Assembly (NCBI GenBank): GCA_051746725.1
Contig: JBNJFI010000056.1
Location: forward strand, 1-14,081
Origin: Fusobacteriota bacterium
GTDB lineage: Bacteria > Fusobacteriota > Fusobacteriia > Fusobacteriales > JBNJFI01
Length of the DNA stretch: 14,081 nucleotides
Direction: 5' to 3'
The notes below the pieces were generated by a model, which saw only the letters and a program-made list of their open reading frames with translations, searched no databases and was not told the origin of the DNA. Below are positions 8,633-14,081 of the stretch, in pieces (position 1 is the stretch's first letter; each line of letters opens with the position of its first letter). The position numbers were made by a program, and so were the translations under genes.

Positions 8633-9985
8633 TTATTTTACCCATTTTTCTATATATTTTTCTATATCAAACTTTCTTTTTAATCCATTTGCATTCATAT
8701 ATCTTGTCTTTCCAAATATTTTTCTTTCTTTCCAGGCTCTGTCATGCTGTCCGAAGCACCAGGCAACCCCTGTATAACTATTAGGGTCCCGTCCATCTAA
8801 AGCATATTTATTATTTAAATACAATGCGATTTCATAGGCCTCCTCAGGGTTTTGGGACCACTCTAGGATCTTTTTACCCCAATACATTCTCATATATCCA
8901 TGCATAAGGCCTGTTTTTAACATTTGATTTTGGGCAGCATTCCAATATTTGTCATGGGTATTAGCCTCTTCAAATTCTTTTTTGGAATATAAATACTCCC
9001 TTTTATCCTCTTTGTGCTCTTCCAATGTTTGTTTTGCCCAGTCAGGGATACTCTTGTATAAATCTCTGTAATCAGGATTATAATAAACAAAATTAAATGC
9101 TAACTCTCTTCTAACAAGGAGCTGTTCTAAAAAATCATCTTTTGAATTACTTGAAACCTCTGCATTGTGTACTTGAAGATAGATATATATAGGAGAGATC
9201 TGTCCAAAGTGAAGGTATGGGCTCAAAAAAGAGACTAGATTTTTAGTTGGGTCATTTCCTTCATCTGAATATCTATCCAATTTAGAGGAAATGAACTCTT
9301 TGAGATAACTCTTCGCCTTACTAGTTCCTCCTATAAAAGAATCGACTCCTTTTACATTTCTATCTAAATCCAAGTTCTTTAAAGCTTCTTGGATATTTTC
9401 AATTTTATCTTTTCTCTCGATCACTATATTTTCTTTGTTTTCTAGATCACTATATTCCACAGGGACTAAAAATTTATACTTTTTTGAATCGAGCTTTTTT
9501 CTCAGAGTCCACGCCATATACTCTTTTTTCTCAGAGGCATAATCGATGGGAACAACAAGATTTGTATCTACTTCATACATTGAACAATCGATGTTATCTG
9601 CAACATTTTTTCGCCACTTTTTTTGAATATTATCATATCCCTTATCTGTTACTAATACACTAGCGTCTCTAGCTAGATCTATTGCTCCTTTATCAGGAGC
9701 AATATTTAAAATTATAAAATTGATATTGTTTTTTTGAAAATGATCTTTTACTTCTTTTAAACCTTCCATCATAAACTTGTAATGTCTAAGGTTTGCTTCG
9801 GGGTAATCTGCAGTTAGTCCAAAATATACAAGTAGAGGAATACCCTGATTATTTGCAATCTCTTTGGCAAACTCAAAGGCATGATTATATGTAACCCTTT
9901 GTGCACCTTGCATCCAAAAAAGTACATACTTTCCATCTACTATCTTTTTTGAATTGCTCTTTTCTATTCTCTCTTTTTGAATCAT
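8633..9985 (-). CDS. phr: Class II CPD deoxyribodipyrimidine photolyase
   Basis: YVLFWMQGAQR..YNHA, LSPYLHFGQIS, FLEQLLVRRELAFNF, MHGYMRMYWGKKILEW, YALDGRDPNSY, HDRAWKERKIFGKTRYM are class II signatures. ATGA overlap with the upstream gene. Confidence 0.96.
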   Translation of the reverse strand: MIQKERIEKSNSKKIVDGKYVLFWMQGAQRVTYNHAFEFAKEIANNQGIPLLVYFGLTADYPEANLRHYKFMMEGLKEVKDHFQKNNINFIILNIAPDKGAIDLARDASVLVTDKGYDNIQKKWRKNVADNIDCSMYEVDTNLVVPIDYASEKKEYMAWTLRKKLDSKKYKFLVPVEYSDLENKENIVIERKDKIENIQEALKNLDLDRNVKGVDSFIGGTSKAKSYLKEFISSKLDRYSDEGNDPTKNLVSFLSPYLHFGQISPIYIYLQVHNAEVSSNSKDDFLEQLLVRRELAFNFVYYNPDYRDLYKSIPDWAKQTLEEHKEDKREYLYSKKEFEEANTHDKYWNAAQNQMLKTGLMHGYMRMYWGKKILEWSQNPEEAYEIALYLNNKYALDGRDPNSYTGVAWCFGQHDRAWKERKIFGKTRYMNANGLKRKFDIEKYIEKWVK

Positions 9986-10956
9986 CGATTAAACTCTCTT
10001 CCTTTTCCAGAATCTGTTACTTTCATTAGATTATCTGGATAGGGATTTAAAATAGTTTGAGTTTTTAAATAATCGATATCAAATCTAATAACCCAAGATT
10101 CAAGAATAGATATGGGAACCATTGCAGGAACAAGATTATTTCTATAAGCATCAAGTTTTTCTAAGAAAAACTCTTTTTCTTTAGTATTTATTAAATCTTT
10201 AAAATATCCAAAGATATGCATAAAAGCATTTATATTCATTCCATCGGTTCTAAAATTTTCAAAAAGTCCTGACATAGTTTCTTTATATTTTTGATATACT
10301 GTTTCGATAGGTAAATCTTCATGGTTAGCTGTTATTTTTCCCAATTTTTTCAAAATCTCTTGATCATAAGCCATGAAAAGATATTTATTAGTACTGTGAA
10401 ATTCAATAATGTCATGCATCTTCATTTTTTCGCCTATTTCTCTAAATTTAGATAATGTATAAATTTGAATAAGAAAATTTTCTCTTATTCTAAAGTTCAT
10501 AAGTCTTCCATCATCTTCAAAAGCTAGATCTGGAAATTTTTCCATTGCATTTTTAGCAAAAAAGCCTGATGTCTTTTCATTTAAAGGTCGGTATTCCCCA
10601 GAACTTTTATAAATTTTAACATCTTTTACTCCGCATGAAGGAGATCGGTTTTTTAAAATAAATCCATCTATATTTTCTAAAGAATCTAAATATTTTTCTG
10701 AAAATTTATTCATTTTTTCTGTATGCTCTTCACCAGTTTCGGAGTCAACTAGTTTATTTTTTTCATCCTCTCTTATTATTCGAATTGGATCCCGGGGAAC
10801 TCCTAAGCCAATTTCGACTTCTGGACAAACAGTGTAAATATTCATGAAACTTTTAAAGTGATCAATAAACTCACTGTGTAACACCTGACCATTAAATCTA
10901 CATTTTTCAAATCCCAAACATTTACTTACGACTATATTAGGTTTTACAAAATTCAT
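9982..10956 (-). CDS. ybgA: DUF523 (TudS 2-thiouracil desulfidase-like Fe-S domain) plus DUF1722 (YbgA) fusion, RudS-like
   Basis: SKCLGFEKCRFNG, VCPEVEIGLGVPRDPIR, GFILKNRSPSCG (DUF523); FHSTNKYLFMAY, NAFMHIFGYFK, YLKTQTILNPYP (DUF1722). RBS AAGGAGGA upstream; directly upstream of the photolyase, as is typical. Confidence 0.92.
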   Translation of the reverse strand: MNFVKPNIVVSKCLGFEKCRFNGQVLHSEFIDHFKSFMNIYTVCPEVEIGLGVPRDPIRIIREDEKNKLVDSETGEEHTEKMNKFSEKYLDSLENIDGFILKNRSPSCGVKDVKIYKSSGEYRPLNEKTSGFFAKNAMEKFPDLAFEDDGRLMNFRIRENFLIQIYTLSKFREIGEKMKMHDIIEFHSTNKYLFMAYDQEILKKLGKITANHEDLPIETVYQKYKETMSGLFENFRTDGMNINAFMHIFGYFKDLINTKEKEFFLEKLDAYRNNLVPAMVPISILESWVIRFDIDYLKTQTILNPYPDNLMKVTDSGKGREFNR

Positions 10957-11001
10957 TATATCCTCCTTGTAATAATTTTAGTATGTATATTAATTTAATT
11001 A

Positions 11002-11030
11002 AGTTTAGCATATGAAAAAGCCTATGTCAA
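11002..11030 (-). promoter_or_regulatory. Sigma70/SigA promoter for the DUF523-DUF1722 / photolyase operon
   Basis: Minus strand TTGACA (11030-11025), 17-nt spacer, TAAACT (11007-11002), with an extended -10 TGn. Confidence 0.75.
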
Positions 11031-11063
11031 TAAAAAGTCAAATTAAATTATAATAAATTAAAG

Positions 11064-11092
11064 TTGAAAATCATTATATTATAAGTTATAAT
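11064..11092 (+). promoter_or_regulatory. Sigma70/SigA promoter for the DAK2-DegV operon
   Basis: TTGAAA (11064-11069), 17-nt spacer, TATAAT (11087-11092); 36 nt upstream of ATG 11129. Confidence 0.7.
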
Positions 11093-11128
11093 GAATAAAA
11101 TGAAGTATGTTACAAAAAAGGAGGACTT

Positions 11129-12907
11129 ATGAAAGCGTTTAATAATGAAACTTTATATAATGCATTTATTGCTGGAGCCTATAAAGTAATAGATCATAAA
11201 GATCTATTGAATAAAATTAATGTATTTCCAGTTCCAGATAATGATACAGGTAACAACTTAGCTGCCACAATGGAGTCAATTATTAGTGAATCTAAAATTA
11301 ATGAATCAATAAAAGAAACAATGGAATCTGTTTCAGAAGCAGCACTTTTAGGAGCACGAGGAAATTCTGGTATCATATTCGCAAAATTTATAGCTGGTTT
11401 TACTAATGAACTACAAGGAGAAGTTAAAATATCTATAGCAGATTTTAGTAGTTCAATAAATAAAGCGACGTTTCATGTCTATGAATCCATTTCTGAACCG
11501 ATAGAAGGAACTATGATAACTGTTATAAAAAATTGGGCAAGATCAGTTAAGGATTTAAAAGAAGATGTAGATAATTTTCCAGAATTAATTGAAAAATCTC
11601 TAGTAGAAGCGAAAAATGCATTAAAAAATACAAAGAATCAATTAGAAGTTTTAAAAAAAGCAGATGTAGTTGATGCAGGAGGACAAGGCTTTGTAAAATT
11701 CATTGAAGGTATTTATGAATCCATTACAGGGAAGAAAAACATAAAACCAAAGGATAATTTAGAAAAACTTGAATTTTCAAAGGAAGATTTTATTTCAGAT
11801 TTTGAATCAGATTTCAGATACTGTACAGAAGCTTTAATGGAAGAAGTCGATTTAAGTGAAAAATCAATAGAAAATTTGATAGAAGATTTAGGGGATTCTC
11901 TAATTGTAGTTAAAACAAAGTATCAAGTTAGAGTTCATATACATACTGATTTTCCATCGGAAATATTCGATATATTAAGAAAATATGGTAAAATAACCCG
12001 TCAAAAAGTAGATGACATGTATATGCAATATCTAATAGCAAATAAGAGAAGAGCCGATATTGCTCTAATCACTGATTCCATAGCGGATATACCACAAAAA
12101 TTATTAGATAAATATCACATTAATGTCGTAAATTTAAATCTTATAATTGACGGAATTAATTATTTGGATAAGTTGAGTGTTACTGCAGATACATTTTATA
12201 AAAGACTAGATGAAGTAATTGACTATCCGACTAGTTCACAGCCAACTATAAAACAATTAAAAAAAGTTTTTGATTCATTGAAAGGAAATTATGAATCTGT
12301 CATCGCAATTACAGTTTCAAAAGAATTAAGTGGAACGTGGAATATATTTAATCAAGCTGCAAAAAAGTATAAGAAAGATTTCAAACAAATAGAAGTAATA
12401 AACTCCAAGTTAAACTCTAATGCACAGGGACTACTTGTATTAGAAGCTGCTGAAGCTATTTCTAGAAATGAAGATTTTGATGAGGTGGTTGAGTATATAA
12501 GGGAATTACGTAATCATATCAATATATATGTTAGCGTCGATGAATTAAAATATATGATAAAAGGTGGGAGAGTTAGTCCTATGAAAGGCTTTTTTGCAAA
12601 CTTATTAAACTTAAAACCTATTATCTCTTTAGATAAAGATGGAAAAGGGATTGCTTTTGGAAAATCATTTAGCTCCGGTGGAGTTAAAAATAAAATAAAA
12701 AAAATTATTTCTGAAATAGAATCGGAAACAGGAATAAAAAGATATTCAATAGTTCATGCTAATGATCTGGAAAAGGCAAAAGAGTATTATGATATATTTG
12801 AGGAAATTTTAGGCAAAAAAGCTGATTATATTACGGATATATCGCCGATAATAGGTCTAAATTCTGGAATTGGTAGTGTGGCTATTTCAATTATAAAAGA
12901 TAATTAA
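11129..12907 (+). CDS. DAK2 (FakA-like fatty acid kinase) fused to DegV (FakB-like fatty-acid-binding protein)
   Basis: FakA motifs LNKINVFPVPDNDTGNN, GARGNSG, EGTMITV, VVDAGGQG, YCTE, VHIHT; DegV motifs LITDSIADIP, PTSSQP, VSKELSGT, KGGRV, LNLKPII. RBS AGGAGG. Confidence 0.93.
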   Translation: MKAFNNETLYNAFIAGAYKVIDHKDLLNKINVFPVPDNDTGNNLAATMESIISESKINESIKETMESVSEAALLGARGNSGIIFAKFIAGFTNELQGEVKISIADFSSSINKATFHVYESISEPIEGTMITVIKNWARSVKDLKEDVDNFPELIEKSLVEAKNALKNTKNQLEVLKKADVVDAGGQGFVKFIEGIYESITGKKNIKPKDNLEKLEFSKEDFISDFESDFRYCTEALMEEVDLSEKSIENLIEDLGDSLIVVKTKYQVRVHIHTDFPSEIFDILRKYGKITRQKVDDMYMQYLIANKRRADIALITDSIADIPQKLLDKYHINVVNLNLIIDGINYLDKLSVTADTFYKRLDEVIDYPTSSQPTIKQLKKVFDSLKGNYESVIAITVSKELSGTWNIFNQAAKKYKKDFKQIEVINSKLNSNAQGLLVLEAAEAISRNEDFDEVVEYIRELRNHINIYVSVDELKYMIKGGRVSPMKGFFANLLNLKPIISLDKDGKGIAFGKSFSSGGVKNKIKKIISEIESETGIKRYSIVHANDLEKAKEYYDIFEEILGKKADYITDISPIIGLNSGIGSVAISIIKDN

Positions 12908-12944
12908 TATTTCAAAAAAGTAAAATCAAATGAGGAGGAAAATT

Positions 12945-13712
12945 ATGAATATTTTTCTAGAAACAATTTTAGTGTTGGTTATTTATTTTACAATCTTTTT
13001 TGTAATAGCAAAGCTCAAAAAAGATAATTCCATTGTTGATATAGCATGGGGACTAGGTTTTGTAGTTGTCGCGTTATTTTCTCTAATAAGAGGAAATATG
13101 TATACAACTAGAGGTATTTTAGTGACTTCTTTAGTAACAATGTGGGGATTAAGACTAGCTTATCATCTGTTTTTAAGAAATTGGTCAACTGAAGAAGATT
13201 ATAGATATAAAGAAATGAGGAAAAAATGGGGAGATCATCAATATTTAAATTCATTTTTTAAAGTATTTATGCTACAAGCAATAATATTATTTATAATAGC
13301 TTTTCCAATAATAATTATAAATAGTTCTGAAAATATTGGCTTGAATTTTCTTGATTACGTTGGTATTGTTATTTGGGGAATAGGATTTTTCTTTGAAGTA
13401 GTAGGGGATAAACAACTTAAAAACTTTGTAGAAAATAGAAAAACAGGAAAAGAAATAATGACTGAAGGTTTATGGAAATATACTAGACATCCAAATTATT
13501 TTGGAGAATCTACAATGTGGTGGGGTATTTTTCTCATTGCTTTTTCAGGAACAGGTAAAATAATTACGATTATTAGTCCGATTGTTATCACTTTTTTACT
13601 GCTATTTGTATCAGGAGTTCCATTATTAGAAAAGAAATACTCAGATCGAGAAAATTTTAAAGAATATAGTAAAAGAACAAATAAGTTTTTTCCTTGGTTT
13701 CCAAAAAAGTAA
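12945..13712 (+). CDS. DUF1295 family membrane protein (steroid 5-alpha-reductase / ICMT-like)
   Basis: [40 protein letters not shown]...[21 protein letters not shown]. Start moved from 12930 to ATG 12945 because AGGAGG (12933-12938) lies 6 nt upstream of it. Confidence 0.92.
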   Translation: MNIFLETILVLVIYFTIFFVIAKLKKDNSIVDIAWGLGFVVVALFSLIRGNMYTTRGILVTSLVTMWGLRLAYHLFLRNWSTEEDYRYKEMRKKWGDHQYLNSFFKVFMLQAIILFIIAFPIIIINSSENIGLNFLDYVGIVIWGIGFFFEVVGDKQLKNFVENRKTGKEIMTEGLWKYTRHPNYFGESTMWWGIFLIAFSGTGKIITIISPIVITFLLLFVSGVPLLEKKYSDRENFKEYSKRTNKFFPWFPKK

Positions 13713-13753
13713 GATTATATATTTAATAAATGTACTCTATATAATTTATCTAT

Positions 13754-13782
13754 TTGATAAATCCTGTTTTATTTTATATAAT
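13754..13782 (+). promoter_or_regulatory. Sigma70/SigA promoter for the ammonium transporter
   Basis: TTGATA (13754-13759), 17-nt spacer, TATAAT (13777-13782). Confidence 0.75.
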
Positions 13783-13804
13783 AAATATATCAAATAAAAC
13801 AGGA
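13762..13804. repeat. Long inverted repeat spanning the amt promoter and RBS
   Basis: TCCTGTTTTATTT (13762-13774) pairs perfectly with AAATAAAACAGGA (13792-13804); after one mismatch, ATATA/TATAT pair around a 5-nt loop (18 of 19 bp). Confidence 0.85.
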
Positions 13805-13814
13805 GGTAATAGAT

Positions 13815-14081
13815 ATGAAAAAATTAATTCGGAATTCAGGAATGTTTATAATTTTATCTAACTTTATTTATGCAGCGGAAAGTGCATCGCAGGTACAAGA
13901 GAACTTGAATTGGACTTGGACACTAATAGCAGCAGCCATGGTATTTTTAATGCAAGCAGGATTTGCAATGGTGGAAGCAGGATTTACTAGAGCTAAAAAT
14001 GCAGGAAATATTATCATGAAAAATGTAATGGACTTTTCAATGGGGATTTTAGCATTTTGGGCAGTAGGATTTGCATTTATG
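13815..14081 (+). CDS. amt: Ammonium transporter (Amt family), 5' partial, runs off the window end
   Basis: Hand translation: MKKLIRNSGMFIILSNFIYAAESASQVQENLNWTWTLIAAAMVFLMQAGFAMVEAGFTRAKNAGNIIMKNVMDFSMGILAFWAVGFAFM. VFLMQAGFAMVEAG..RAKN is the Amt N-terminal signature. RBS AGGAGGT at 13801-13807. Not in the ORF track. Confidence 0.95.
   Translation, partial: MKKLIRNSGMFIILSNFIYAAESASQVQENLNWTWTLIAAAMVFLMQAGFAMVEAGFTRAKNAGNIIMKNVMDFSMGILAFWAVGFAFM

Noticed and set aside
7668..8645. Calling the kinase an aminoglycoside-resistance gene or thrB
   Set aside because: The motifs identify only the APH/choline-kinase-like superfamily; context supports neither specific function.
11194..11376. Antisense ORF of 60 aa
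   Set aside because: Shadow of the conserved DAK2 domain.
12930..12944. ORF-track N-terminus MRRKI of DUF1295
   Set aside because: These codons are the RBS (AGGAGG) and spacer for ATG 12945.
13714..13745. ATTATATA...TATATAAT inverted repeat after DUF1295 as a terminator
   Set aside because: All-AT 8-bp stem with a 16-nt loop and no proper U-tract; too weak and likely chance.
1..14081. CRISPR array, IS/transposase, integrase, tRNA/rRNA, known riboswitch
   Set aside because: No regularly spaced repeats or recombinase motifs; intergenic gaps are short (at most about 170 nt), very AT-rich and explained by promoters and terminators. An Rfam scan would be the definitive check.

Overview
AT-rich bacterial chromosomal window (roughly 28-30% GC by eye, strong AGGAGG-type RBSs). 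It holds 11 genes in four blocks and no mobile element, CRISPR array or structural RNA that I can see. (1) Plus strand 64-7009: two tandem paralogous chemoreceptors (2 TM, HAMP, MCP signalling domain, C-terminal hemerythrin), a large CPA2 cation:proton antiporter with USP-like and PTS EIIA-like C-terminal domains, and a hemerythrin-CheX phosphatase fusion. All three hemerythrin domains keep their di-iron ligand motifs. (2) Minus strand 10956-7074: a light/nucleic-acid-damage operon of DUF523-DUF1722 (TudS/RudS-like), class II CPD photolyase, an APH/homoserine-kinase-II-like kinase and 3-methyladenine DNA glycosylase, ending at a bidirectional terminator. (3) Plus strand, divergent from block 2: a DAK2-DegV (FakA-FakB) fusion and a DUF1295 membrane protein. 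(4) The 5' part of an ammonium transporter that is missing from the ORF track, with a near-consensus promoter inside a long inverted repeat that also covers its RBS. The best candidate for a new system is the hemerythrin cluster, where putative O2/redox sensors sit on both the kinase-controlling arm (MCP) and the phosphatase arm (CheX) of chemotaxis. Family calls come from motif recognition only; no database search was run.
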